In this document: piece after piece, positions 10,701 through 23,900 of the stretch
How the letters are laid out: the number at the start of each line of letters is the position of its first letter
How positions within the stretch are numbered: position 1 is the first letter of the stretch
Origin: Zootoca vivipara
Taxonomy: Eukaryota
Length of the DNA: 64,000 nucleotides
Assembly (NCBI RefSeq): GCF_963506605.1
Contig: NC_083288.1
Location: forward strand, 43,152,001-43,216,000
Reading direction: 5' to 3'
Translations under genes and position numbers: made by a program
Notes under the pieces: generated by a model
The model's input: only the letters and a program-made list of their open reading frames with translations
Database searches by the model: none
What the model was told of the DNA's origin: nothing

Positions 10701-13700
10701 TCGAATCCTTCATTGTTGCGATGCGAAGCACTGCCAATGTTGTGGTTGTACACGGAGAAATTCAGGACATGATAACGTTGAGAATTATACCTAAGGCTGC
10801 AGAATTTGAAGAAATACCGATACAAGCTGCCGCAAAAGTTTGGGTGATGACAGCCCAGATGGAATTCACATCACTTCGCTTACAAAGAAATTGGAGCCTA
10901 CAGTTCATCCATGGCGCTCTATCCTTCACTACTCATTCAAAGGAGGTGTTGGGATTCCACACCTTTCTTCAGAAGAAGAGTCCTTCAGAAAAGGAAGATG
11001 GCTTCATTGAGGACTTCTGGGAAGAGGCATTTAACTGTTCATTCCACAAGTTTGCGGTGGATGAGATGGAAAGGGAAATCTGCACAGGGGCAGAGAATCT
11101 GGAGACTCTTCCTACATCTATTTTTCAAATGAGCATGACTGGCCACAGTTACAGTGTTTACAATGCAGTCTACGCTATAGCTCATGCATTGCATGCTATG
11201 CTGTCATTCCAGTTGAAACAACAAACATGGGCCAGTAGGGAGAGGCAGATATTTCTGAATCAACAACAGCATAAGGTAATATCTGGAATGGCATTATAAA
11301 CGAGAATGCATTATAACCGTATAGAAAATGCTCTCTCCTAGAGCTTTTTACCCCCCAAGATTTAAATCAGGAACAGCCAATGTTGTTCCTTTTTGTGTTT
11401 TGTCCATGTGATGTTCAGTCCTAGTGAGCATGGTCGATGGATAGCTATGATGGAGTTGTACTTCACATCAGCTTTAATTATACATAGTATTTTATATGTG
11501 TTACTGTTGCTGCTTCAAATACTGCTGCTAATATATTTAATCTGCATTCGGCTTTTAAATGCAACTACAGCCCTCAAGTGTGAAAGATGTCATGTTGAAT
11601 CCATTTGTGCATATTTATGAATTGCTTTGTTCTTCCCCTCAATCTAGCTACAACACTTTCTAAGAAGTGTCTCATTTAACAACAGTGCAGGTGAAAAGGT
11701 TACGTTTGATCAAAATGGTGAAATTGTAGCCGGCTTTGATATTATGAACTGGATAATATTCCCAAACCAGTCCTTTCAGAGAGTCAAAGTTGGAAAGATG
11801 GGTGCCCATTCTCTGGGTCCTCCAGAAAACATGATCTCTATCCAAGAGGATATCATCATGTGGCCCACGAGATTTAACCAGGTAGGATCCAAGGTTATTT
11901 AGGGTGTGTCCAATCATTTTATCAGTGTTTAAAAGCTGGCACATTGTTGCACTACAGAAGTGACTCAGTCTGAAGGGCATTGTAGAGAAGAGGAATGTTC
12001 TACAATGTTATCACATGTGATCACAATGTTATCTGTGATCAGTGGCTGCGTAAAAAATGATCTCTGTAAATGATGTCATGATTCCACTGTGGCATTGGCC
12101 AGTTTCTTAACTTCATATTCCTTAATTGTTGATTGAACTATGAGCTACCAACTAATAAAACTTAATTTTTCTGAATTGTAGTATATTGTCCTCTTTCATT
12201 TATGGACAGGCACTTCCCCATTCACTGTGTAATGACAATTGTCAACCTGGTTATAGGAGAGCCAAGAAGGAAGGGGAACCATTTTGCTGCTATGATTGCC
12301 TTCCATGTTCAGAAGGGAAGATCTCCAACCAGAAGGGTAATAAATGCTTTCTGCCACCCTGTGGTTGAAATGAAGACATGAGACACATATTTATATTGAA
12401 ACACAGTCATTAAAAACAATTTAACTTGTAACAAATTTCATGATAGTTACTGTTTCTGTCAAGGTGAGAGTTGAGAAACAGTTTCTCCAGCTAAGGGAGA
12501 TGTTCAGAAAACACAATACAGTGGTACCTCGGTTTTTAAATGTAATCCGTTCTGGAAGACCGTTCGAGTTCTGAAACATTCGAAAACCGAAAACTCAGTA
12601 TGGAAGCCTCAATATTTAAAACTCAATACAGAAGCTGGATGGCATGTTCATCTTCCAAGGCATGTTCGAAAACTGAAGTTTCTACTTCTGGGTTTATGGC
12701 ATTTGAAAACCGAAACGTTTGTCAATGGAGACATTCAAAAACCAAGGTCCCACTGTACTGCCTATACTTAACTATTGTCATTCAGATAAACTACACCCTC
12801 CTCTACCTGGCTCAACCAATTTTAAAATGTGTTGACAGAGTTCTACCAGCATTCTCTTGCCCCTTCCCCAATACCTGGCAAGAAGAACCTTGCTGGATCA
12901 GACCCAAAGTGCATCTAGTCTAGAATCCTACATGCAGACCCTTATCAGCACAAGTAGTAGAAAAGAAGAATTGTTGCTCCCCAAAAGCATAGTAGGTATA
13001 ATAAGTTTATTATAATAGTTTATTATAATAATAAACTTCCCTATAAGAAAAAGGTTAGAACCATATAAAATTATACCTGGTGCAGAGAAAATGCAGAGAG
13101 GTAATTTTTACACCCTCTCTCATAACAATAGCACCTGGGGACATTCAATGGAGCTGAATGTTGGAGGATTCTGGGCACAGTGCATAATTAAACTGTGGAA
13201 TTTATCCCTACAAGAGGCAGCAATGACCATTAACTTGGACAGAGTCCAAAGAAGATTAGACAATTCATAGAGAATATAGCTCTCAATGGCTCCTAACTCT
13301 CATGGCTGTGGTCTGCCTTCACTGTCAGCGGCTTTTAACTGCAGCAGAGGAGAGTGCCATTGCACTTATGTCCTGTTTTAAAGATTCCCTTGGGCTTCTG
13401 CTTGGCCACTGTTAGAACAGGATGCTGGGCTAGATGGGCCACTGGCCTGATCTAGCAGGCTCTTCATTTGTTCTTAAAATGATTGAATCCCTCTTTTAAA
13501 GTTGTTTTGGTTAGTCTTGCGGCAGGTAATTCCATACTCTAGGGTTATGCTGCATGAGGAAGTGATTTCTTTTATATGCCCTTAATATCCTACCATTCAC
13601 TTCATTGTATGACTCAAAGTTGTATATTACTATCGAAGGAAGAACACTTCTCTTTATCAACGTGCTTCATTTTATTTTACAGCTCTATCATCTCCCTCTC

Positions 13701-15117
13701 CCATTAGTCAAATTGATTTTTTACCTTCTCCAAATGTTTATTTACCCAGAGAAGGTTGTGGTCTCAATTTAGAAACTATTGCTGCAAGGGTGTTGTATAT
13801 ATGTCACACAAGGCAAAAGAAATAAAAAGAAACAGGATTTCATCATATCCAGATAATGTGGAAGTAGGGATGATGCCTAATTTGTGATTTCTCAGCTGAA
13901 AAGTCAACTTCAGTTGTTTAGGTTTGGACTAATATCATCCCCGACAATAATATCTTCCAAAAAAGATGACATTAGAAGGGTCCAATTGTCTCTTTTAGAT
14001 ATTGTACTGACTTGCAGTTCCCATTCAGAAAATGAAACTGTACTGGGAAGCATTCAATAATAGTCCTACTCAGAGTACACCAACTGAAGATACGACTTCT
14101 TCAGGCTCATTACTTTTAATAGGTCTTCTCTGAGTAGGACTTAGCTGAACACAATGTGCTATATCTACCAGGGGTTTTTATATGTACAGAGAACCATGTT
14201 TTACTTTTACAGATATGGATGACTGTTTTCAATGTCCAGAAGCTCAGTTTCCAAATCGCAACAAGGATGCATGCATTCCAAAACGTATAAGCTTCCTGTC
14301 TTACGAGGAACCTTTGGGGATCACTTTAGCTATATTTGCAGTATTCTTTTCTTTCATCACAGCTTTAGTGTTTGGGATCTTCCTTAAGCACCGGGACACG
14401 CCCATTGTCAAAGCCAACAACCGCGACCTCACCTACACTCTTCTCGTCTCCCTCCTGCTCTGCTTCCTTTGCACTTTGCTATTTATTGGTCGACCTGAGA
14501 AAATGATGTGTCTTCTTCAACAAACGGCTTTTGGCATAATCTTCTCGATGGCTGTTTCTTGTGTTTTGGCCAAAACCACCATTGTGGTTCTTGCTTTTAT
14601 GGCAACAAAGCCAGGGTCGATCATGAGGAAATGGGTCGGGAAAAGACTGTCAACCTTCATTGTTCTTTCCTGCTTGTTTATTCAAAGTACTATTTGTACT
14701 GTTTGGCTGGCAACCTCTCCCCCTTTCCCAGATTTTGATGTGTACTCAATGAATGGAGAAATTGTACTACAATGCAATGAAAGGTCCAGTGTCATGTTCT
14801 ACTGTGTCTTGGGGTTTATGTGTTTCCTGGCCGTTGTCAGCTTCACTGTAGCTTTCCTAGCTAGGAAGTTACCAGACAGTTTTAATGAAGCCAAATTCAT
14901 CACCTTCAGCATGTTGGTTTTTTGCAGTGTGTGGTTGTCTTTTGTTCCAACCTACCTGAGCACCAAGGGGAAATACATGGTGGCAGTGGAGGTCTTCTCC
15001 ATCTTAGCCTCCAGTGCTGGGTTACTGGGCTGCATCTTTTCCCCTAAATGCTATGTCATTTTGCTGAGGCCTGACTTGAACAATAGAGATCAGCTTACAA
15101 GAAGAAATTTTAAATAA
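7787..15117 (+). CDS. Vomeronasal type-2 receptor (V2R), gene B; complete, ~883 aa
   Basis: Six GT-AG exons joined in frame: 7787..8022 (signal peptide; alternative ATG 7805), 9243..9534 ([16 protein letters not shown]), 10418..11275, 11648..11881, 12210..12336 (cysteine-rich domain), 14213..15117 (7TM). Total 2652 nt, no internal stops seen. Confidence 0.93.
8623..8946. mobile_element. Penelope-like palindromic mini-element (copy 3) within a 312-bp palindrome
   Basis: gttacaggta start at 8623; same arms as copy 1; minus-strand hammerhead motif at 8756..8793; extra 63-bp inverted repeat 8635..8697 / 8884..8946. Confidence 0.7.
8756..8793 (-). ncRNA. Minimal type-I hammerhead ribozyme motif
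   Basis: Reverse complement GUAU-CUGAAGA-A-GUGUGCAUGCACAC-GAAA-GCUC^AUAU (terminal G-U in stem I). Confidence 0.6.
9626..9880. mobile_element. Non-autonomous hAT element (catgggtaggcaaac...gctgacccctg family)
   Basis: Near-identical to copies at 38773..39191 and 55353..55602; the latter has a perfect 8-bp TSD. Confidence 0.75.
12519..12755. mobile_element. Tc1/mariner (Tigger-like) MITE
   Basis: TA flanks; TIRs cagtggtacctcggttt / aaaccaaggtcccactg. Confidence 0.8.
13100..13477 (+). mobile_element. Degraded CR1 LINE 3' end
   Basis: aggatgctgggctagatgggccactggcctgatctagcaggctcttc...gttctta resembles a CR1 3' UTR; boundaries approximate. Confidence 0.6.
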
Positions 15118-15523
15118 TAAACTCACTAATGATCAAGTTTATAATTCTGGTCCAGGTTAATTTAGCTGCAAGTCTTATTGTTTGCAAGGGGACTTGCTGG
15201 TCTGTTTTCAAATTTTCTGCCATTAATTATCTTTTGGGACTGATGTATTTATTTGGAATAGCATGATTTTTTGATTGATTTTTTAGGAAGGTGTCACAAA
15301 ATGATTGCCATGGGGGCAGGCCCATTCCCAGATTGGTAGCTTTTTCAATTGCTCAGTCACAAAACAACCCAAGCTGGTTCCTCTGTATTCACATAAACAT
15401 GATTTCTTCAAAATCTTTAGTAATTGATTTGAAATCTATACAAAAAACATTGTAATGCAGAAATTACTCTCTTCTTCATTGTACATTCATTATACGGTAG
15501 CAATTTTCCTCATTTTCTAATAG

Positions 15524-15990
15524 TAACTCTGTTGCGCAACAGTGAATTAATCAACACAGAGTCTTCTTCATAAACAGAATAAAGTTTACTGAAGAAAATA
15601 AACTTGTTCAGAAACAAGCACAGTCAAAGAGCATATACAGAGTGCTCATAACAGCTTTCTTAGTCTTCACAGAGGCACAGATATTTGTTACTGATTAACT
15701 GTAGTCCTTGAGCTGCTCTTGTCTGCAACAACACAACATACTGGCTGACACACACACACTCTACACTATGAGGCCCACAGAGATGGCTGGTTACATTTAT
15801 AGGGAACCCAAGATGAGTCGCAAGTCACAGTGACACAGCATTTTACTGCTAACAGTTAGGCTTGAAAGATTTGTGTAGGCCTCGTAGGCTGCACTGCCTA
15901 GGCCTTGCCTGCTTCTGCTCTCAAGAACCCTTGTCTCATTACAAACTCAGCACTACCAGCACATCCTGGCCTTGGTATTTGCTTTAAAAG
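15524..15990 (+). pseudogene. Orphan V2R exon-2 relic, interrupted by a solo LTR and truncated by an RTE fragment
   Basis: Removing LTR 15530..15943 gives taactcagcactaccagcacatcctggccttggtatttgct (TQHYQHILALVFA), matching the start of exon 2 of gene B (taactcagacctaccagcacatcctggctttggcatttgcc). Confidence 0.75.
15530..15943. mobile_element. Solo LTR (414 bp)
   Basis: TG...CA termini with perfect 5-bp TSD aactc (15525..15529, 15944..15948). Confidence 0.8.
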
Positions 15991-16335
15991 AGACAAATGT
16001 ACCGAACTGTCCTGTATGATGGCTCATCCTTGAATGGCTGCCATATAAAGAGTGAGGTGCAACAGGGCCGTGTTCTCATTCCAACTCTATTTGGCATATT
16101 CTTCTCCCTATTGCTCTCACAGGCTACTGTGTACACCAACTCAAGGAGTGCTTGGGTTCTAGTCAACCTGGCATGACTCCAGACTGAGGCAAAAGTGTGG
16201 TGGGTCCTTATCTGAGAGATGTTTTTTGCAGATAATGCAGCCTTGACCTCACACTCTGAGGAAGCTCTTATAGAGACACATCAACCATTTTACCCAAGCC
16301 TGCATGGAGTTCAGTGTTACCAGCACTTCATGCAT
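15990..16335 (+). mobile_element. Old RTE-clade LINE RT fragment
   Basis: Translates ..IKSEVQQGRVLIPTLFGIFFSLLL.. and EMFFADNAAL.SHSEE, degenerate RTE RT motifs. Confidence 0.65.
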
Positions 16336-16369
16336 CAGCATTAGTGATCACACACTTGAGGTGGTAGAC

Positions 16370-16505
16370 CAGGCATCCCCAAACTGCGGCACTCCAGATG
16401 TTTTGGCCTACAACTCCCATGATCCCTAGCTAACAGGACCAGTGGTCGGGGAAGATGGGAATTGTAGTCCAAAACATCTGGAGGGCTGAAGTTTGGGGAT
16501 GCCTG
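16370..16505. mobile_element. hAT MITE (136 bp)
   Basis: TIR caggcatccccaaact / agtttggggatgcctg; 8-bp TSD tggtagac; partial copy at ~56561..56640. Confidence 0.85.
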
Positions 16506-16535
16506 TGGTAGACAAATCGGGTCCTCCCTTACAAG

Positions 16536-17297
16536 TGTTGTGGTGGGACCTGGCAACCAGACCCTGTGTTGTGGGTGGGAACATTGGAGTGGCCACAACA
16601 CCCTATTGGTGGTCCCTCAATCTTAGAAGCAATTAGGCCTAAGGGACGCCAGTCAAAGTGATCGAGGGTCCACTACTTAAGCTGATGCCCGTGTCCCTGA
16701 GCTTCCTCTTTGGGGCTCAGTGCATCGGAACACCCACCCACCTCTCCCTATATTTAGGGCTTGCGTTTGACCTTGCTATGCCGTCGTGTGTCGCCTGCCG
16801 TTGGGACAGGGGCACGGCAGGAATTTTCCCCACTTGGCTGATTGGCTGGTGCCATTTGGGTTTCACCTGCCATGTAGCAAATCGTCACAACTTGTAAGGT
16901 TGCGGATAGGCTCTGGTTCAGGTGGATAGAGGTGGCAGGATGCCTAGCCATCCCTATGCGTTGGATATTCCTTTAAGAAGGAATCCACGGACTCATGGTT
17001 GGTCTTCCCTATGAGGGGTTGTGCCCAGAGCCTGAGTCCAGGGGACATCTGGGTGGAGGCTTAGCAGGGTCTTGCTTGCCACTGTCCCAGGTGTTCACCC
17101 GAGGCTGACTTATGGTTGGTGCCCAAGGTCAGTGTTGCCTGCAATGGTGCAGGGAGCTAGTCGAACCAGAGCCTACACAAACACTCACTTGATTGTAATC
17201 AATAAAGTTGTGGCCTAAATTCTGCCAAAAACCAAACCAAAAATTTGAGTTTTGTCTGAATTTAATTTGGGAGTGGTTAAAAGGTCTCCACACACAA
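16536..17297 (+). mobile_element. LTR-like dispersed repeat (family shared with 61007..61805 and 62041..62831)
   Basis: Shared blocks cacttggctgattggct, tcacaacttgtaaggtt and aataaagttgtggcc..caaaa; no TSD found. Confidence 0.6.
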
Positions 17298-17935
17298 TTT
17301 TGGATATCTGGGTTCCACTATAATCTTAAACACTCCATCAATACTGAGCTGCACAATTTATTGGGGAATGTATTCCATTGCTGAAAAACTAAGCACTGCT
17401 TTGGTTTGTACCTTTTGCAAAACATTATGCCACTTTGACAAATAAAGACCATCCAAACTGAACATTCCTTTGTGTTCCATTTTCTCCATTGTCTGGGGCT
17501 TGCTATGGGTCATTGTAAGCCTTTGTGTCTCTTGCTGACCCACTTCAGATAAACACTGAAACTTTCTGAAGATGTTTGATAAACGTGTTTTCTTCTGCAA
17601 TGTTCCACACAACCCCTAACTCTGAGCATGCAATTTTCTCCCCTGCAATTATTTCAAATTCACCATTGTTTGTTCAACTTCTTCATCGTGTCCCACAGGA
17701 TTCCTGGTAGCCAAAAGCACAACTATAAACCACGAATGAAGGACTAATTCAGAGCTGAGACTTGGTAAAATTGGGATTCCATTATTCTGGTCACTAAAGC
17801 TAAATCCTGACTTCAGATCATGAAATGATACACTAAACGTGTGATCATGCAAGTTGAGATGTGTTATACTCAAGGACAATTGAAGGACAACGTGTGAACA
17901 GTTGATAATTTCAAGAAGGAAAGTTGGTGTGCAAA

Positions 17936-20900
17936 ATGTTGGCTTTAATGGTGCTGCAATTACTGCTGCTGCTTCAGACAGTGAGCAGCATTCCTACAGC
18001 CAATTGTGTGATCGGTAAACCTGCTCCTATTCTTCACAGGTATTTTCAGTCAGGGGAGTTGACCATTGGTGTTATAATGTCTCAGATCTTCATCATTTAC
18101 AACCTTATAACATTCAGAAGACATCCCTCTCAGGAGTTGATTGATGACTTTATGTAAGGAGCTGAGTATGTTAACCATACCATACAAATATATATATAAA
18201 TGATGTGTGTGTGTTTTAAAAAAATATCTAAATGGTGTTGTATTGAAAATAGTATAAGGTAATTATATATATATTTTTAAAATCAACACATTATATATAA
18301 ATAACTTATAGGTTACATTTTTAAAAAGAAAAAATGCTTTCTAGCAAGCATCTAAAATGACAACAACAACAATATATGCCACCCATCTAACTGGGATGCC
18401 CAGCCACTCTGGGTGGCTCCCAACAAAAAATAATGAAAGCATGGCACAACATCACACACTAAAAACGTCACTGAACAGGGCTGCCTTCAGATGTCTTTTA
18501 GAAATCATGTGTGGGCAGGAGCCAGGCTCTGGGGCCTGTAGTGCTTTGCAGGACTGGGGCCTTCCTCAGCTTGTTCTGGAGAAGCAAGGAGTGGCCACTC
18601 AGGTGAGGCCACTTGATAACTCACTGCACCTGGTGGCAAGAGCCGGGAGGGATAAAAGCTTAGCATGTCCCTTCGGCTCTCTGCCACAGCAATGCGATCC
18701 TGCCTTGTTGCATCCGGCCTCTTGCCCCAAGTTCCTTGACCTTTGGACCTCCGCCTCACCTTGCTCCTTGACCTTCGGACCTTCGCCTCGCCTTGTTCCT
18801 CGACCCTTGGACCTCCACCTTCGCCTTGCTCCTCGACCCATGGACTTTCGCCCCTGTGACGCCCTGCTTTCCGGTCTTCGATTCCTCAACCCACGCCTTC
18901 CTGCAGCTTGACCTTCAGCCCCGCACCACCTGAACTTTTGTTCCAGCTTCCTCACTGCCATCTTGCCTCCTGACATCCCTAGTCAGGACTGCTACCTCCT
19001 GCAGACCAGACCGTGACAATGTAGCTGTTTTATTTTTTTAACATCTGCTGGGAGGGTGTTCCATAGGGCAGGCATGATTACCGAAAAGGCCCTCTGCCTG
19101 CATATTGAGGTTGCCTGCTTAATGTAAACAAGGGAGTTCCAAATTATAGCTGCTGCCGGACTGACTCCTCACAAATGTGACACTTGTAAATGTGCGTGTT
19201 CAGTAATAGTTGATATATGTATCGTGGAACTAAAGAAACAGGCAATTCACCTTTTACTCCAAAACCATAAAATAGCACTCCTACCCAGAATCTACACACA
19301 AGTAGGCAATAGATTATCCACAGCCAAGCACTTTATCACTGAAGGTAGTTTTGCTAGATTGCCTCTGCTTCACAAATAAAATGTCATATTGCAAGTTTTC
19401 TATGCGATGGAGGACTACTCCCATAAGAAGTAAACAAAATTACATTTAGGTTGTAATGGCTGACTATGGATATCATAGCTGCCAAGTTATCCCTTTTTTT
19501 AAGGGATTTTCCCTTATGCTGAATAGGCTTCCTCGCGAGAAAAGGGAAAACTTGGCAGCTATGATGGATATTCAATTGCGTTCTCAAACAGTAGGATGTA
19601 TATGCATCCATGTCTGTAGAATGAATTGACCGTGAACTTTGTGCAACATCTAAAACCAAGAATTTCCTGTTTTTCAGTCTTTGAAACATTAGCTTTATGT
19701 GCCACAAAACAGTCTTATATGTCATATGGAGGGAACCTATTCATAATATTAACACAAATGAGTCAGTGAGTTGTTTTGAACATTGAGAAGGGCCGGCTCT
19801 AGGTATAGTTCCGGTGGTGCGAGGCGCCAGGTGGGGTGCTGCGCGGCGAAGCTGCATGGAAGCCATGCTGTGCGCTGCGAGGGGAGGCGCCAGAGCGATC
19901 TCCATGCCTCAGCGCCAGGGCACCCGACCTGCTCGAGACTGCCCTGACATTGAGCATGTGTGCCCATGTGTATTGACTTCTAAACAAACTATGTCATTGA
20001 GCTAATATTTCTAGAAGTCAAATGTCCAGCTCTGTGGGTCAAGGTTCTATCACATAAACTGGAGGATACAATATGCCTTAATGTAACATACTTAAGAAAC
20101 ACATTTTGAACCAAAAAATAATAAGTATTAGTCTCTGAAACTGCTGCATTCTAATATTTCACATGATTCACATTGCAGGATACTGACACAGAACTACCAG
20201 CACATTTTGGCCATAGTATTTGCAGTGAAGGAGATCAATGGCAATCCCCAAATCTTACCCAACGTCACTCTGGGTTTTGACATCTATAATAATCATTTTA
20301 ATCCAAAATTCACATACGAGGCCTCATTGAAAGTTCTTTCCACACATGACAAATTCATCCCTAACTACAAATGTGATGTCCAGAACAATCTGGTAATGCT
20401 TATTGGAGGTCCTAGTTCCAACATCATTGGAGAGACCGCAGGGATACTGGGAATCTACAAGATTCCACAGGTAAATTGTGTTTATGGAAAATATTATTAA
20501 GATGCAGGTTTTGAGTTGGGAAGTGGAATGTGATATAAGTGAAATTAAGAAAAGCACTATGCATGCTGCTTAAAGGTCAAATTCTGAGTGAGGCATCTTA
20601 GTAATAATAATAATAATAATAATTAATAATAATAATAATTTATTTATACCCCGCCCATCTGGCTGGGTTTCCCCAGCCACTCTGGACGGCTTCCAACAGA
20701 TAATTAAAAAAAATAATCTATTAAACATTAAAAGCCTCCCTAAACAGGGCTGCCTTCAGATGTCTTCTAAAAATCTGGTAGCTGTTTTTCTCTTTGACTT
20801 CTGATGGGAGGGCATTCCACAGGGTGGGCGCCACTACCGAGAAGGCCCTCTGCCCTCTGCCTGGTTCCCTGCAACTTGGCTTCTTGCAATGAGGGAACCA

Positions 20901-23900
20901 CCAGAAGGCCCTCGGTACTGGACCTCAGTGTCCGGGCAGAATGATGCGGGTGGAGACGCTCCTTCAGGTATACTGGACTGAGGCCATTTAGGGCTTTAAA
21001 GGTCAGCACCAACACTTTGAACTGTGCTTGGAAACGTACTGGAAGCCAATGTAGATCTTTCAAGACCGGTGTTATGTGGTCTGGGCGGTCTCAATTTATC
21101 ACTGTGGCTCTGCTTTAACTTAAATGTTAGGATCAGGGGTTCCTTCTGCAGGATCACTCTAACATAAGTAGCAAAGTTGCCAATTTACCCAAGATCTCCC
21201 CACCTCCCCTTCTTCCATTTAGGCTTGCCAGTATCAACTGCCTCAACTTTGTCCTTGCCGTGCTTAACAGACTCCCTATAGAGCAGGGAGAAGGTGTCAA
21301 CATACCCCCCTTTCGAAATTCTCTCTTTAGTGGCCTGTAGAAGGTGAAAACCCAGAAGTTTCTGCAAAAGAAAGGGCCTCTCCCCTAAATGAACCATGGG
21401 GGTTAGAGGCAGTGCAGATGGTCCTGCAGCAATGACCCTAAGGTGGTGGGCAGAGCAGACAGAAAGGGCCTGATAGCTGAGGCTTGGTCTGATTCAGTGT
21501 AAGGTAGCCTTCAGTGTTCCTGTAAGGGGGAAGGCTTATAGGGAACAGCCTCCACTAATCCGATTAAGTTCCTCGCAGAGCAGAAAGTCAAACAGCGGAT
21601 CAGATTACAGGAGGCAGGAAGCAGAGAGTGAGGGACAAGGCTCCAGCAGTGTCAAAGAGCCTCCACTCCGAGCAGAGAGGGAGGGAGAGGGGCAGGAAAT
21701 GCAGGGAAAGCATTCAGAAGGACAGCCCTTTCCCCCAACACCTGAATTGAGGTGAACGGCACGCCGTAGGACAAGGGGGAGGCGCTTTGGCATTCCCAAG
21801 CTGTTACGTTGGACACGAAACAGGAAGAAGCCAATGTGAGGTTCTGACTCAGACTAAGCAGACATGTTTTCCATAGACTTTGCACTGTAAATAGAATGCA
21901 CCATAATAAACACTTTAAGACAAGCAGGCGTGGAGCCTCTTTACTCAAGAGTAGCCGCAAAAACCTATGACAGTTCCTAAATACAGCTTTACTTCCTACC
22001 CGCTGCTGTTTTGCTTTATTTTATTTAGATCGCATATGCCCCTGCTCCAGAGACAAATAGCAAGCCCCAAGATGCTTTCTTCCACTGGATGTTCCCAAAT
22101 GGGGCCCAGCAGCATAGGGGGCTCCTGAAGTTGTTGCTGCATTTCAGATGGAACTGGATTGGAGTGCTTCACCTCAATGTGCACAGTTCAAAGATTTTTG
22201 TAGAGAATCTGCTTTCCATGTTTCCCCACAATGGCATTTGCTTGGACTTCGTCAAAACCATACCAGATATAGGATTTTCTAATCAACTCCCTGAAATGGC
22301 AGAGGAGGCATGCAGGATTATAAATATTACCATGGAAAGCACAGCCAATGCAGTGATCTTCCATGGTGACTATCAGGCCATAATGAACTTAAGAATTTTG
22401 CTCGAGCTCTCCAAGTTCGAAGGTTTATCAGTGAGAACAAAGGTCTGGATTATGACAGCAGATGTGGATTTCACATCAATTCCTGCTCAAAGAAGCTGGG
22501 ACATTCATTTTATCCATGGAGCTGTATCCCTTGCAGTCTCCTCAAAGGAGGTGGCAGGGTTCCAGGAATTTCTGCAAATGAGGAACCCAACACTGGAAAA
22601 AGAGGATGGTTTCCTGTGGGACTTCTGGCAAAAAGTATTTGATTGCTCGCTCCCCAGCTCTGATGAAGACAAGAGGGATGGAAATAACTGCACTGGGGAA
22701 GAGAAACTGGAGTCTCTTCCTGGGTCTGTTTTTGAAATGCGCATGACTGCCCACAGCTACAGCGTCTACAATGCCATCTATGCTCTGGCACATGCTTTGC
22801 ATGCCATGTATTCTTCCATATCAAAGCACAGGACAGTGATGAATGGAGATAGATGGAAGGACCAGAATAAGAAGTCATGGCAGGTAATCCTATTCAATGT
22901 GATCCAATAACCTGAGATTTCAACTTGCATGATATTCCCCTCCTCGGAACAGGGACATGCAACAATTTGCATCTAAATATGTACATATGTTTGCATTTCG
23001 TCCTTTTCTTTTCAGCTCCCCCACTTTCTGAGAAGTACCCCATTTAACAACAGTGCTGGAGATGAGGTTTCCTTCGACCTTAATGGGGAATTAGTAGCTG
23101 GATTTGATATTATCAACTGGGTGACATTCACAAACCAGTCCTTCCTTAGAGCAAAAGTTGGGAGGATAGACCCTCTGGCCACTCCAGATAAACTGTTCAC
23201 CATTTCGGAGGATGCCATCATATGGCCCAGCAGGTTCAACCAGGTAGGACCCATTTGCATTGAAACATATATTTAATTCCCTTCCCAATAACATTAGTGG
23301 TTCAGTCTTTAGAAAATGAAAATTGTTGGCCCTGCCTGCTGTCAATCGAATTTGGGATCCTTTGGGAGGTAATGTATGATATAGAATATGAACGAACGAA
23401 CCTCAATTTCCAATTCAAGATTTCATTTCACATTTGAGGCATCTATCTTCACAGGAATACCATGTACAATTGTATAAGCTTAGCAACTACCAAACCAAAA
23501 GGCCAATCAGAAAACTAAAGTTAAAGTAGCCATCATCATCTGCTGTGCTCCAGATGGCTTGGTCTACAACTCCCGTCAGTCCCAGGCAACAAGACTGGAC
23601 TGGTGCTCTGAGTGAGTTGCAGTCCAAAAAATCTGCTGGGCAACAGGTTGGCAAATGCTATTGTAAAGCATAAGGCCATAGTAAAGGAAACCAATTACAA
23701 ATGGGTAGAAATGTTGAAAAATGGCTCAGTGTTGAGCTGCTGAAATAAAAGGGAAAATAATTATATTTATGCTCATATTTTCACATTTTTTTTGTATGAT
23801 AAACATTATATTATTTCATTTGTTGACAGGTACACCCTCTTTCAGTGTGTAATGACAATTGCCTTCCTGGTTATCACAAGACAAAGAAGGAAGGGAAACC

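Noticed and set aside
18735-18860. CRISPR-like periodic repeats
   Set aside because: Degenerate contiguous tandem units without unique spacers, in eukaryotic DNA.
18357-18976. 184-aa and 125-aa ORFs
   Set aside because: Span L2 and LTR-like sequence with tandem repeats; no recognisable domain.
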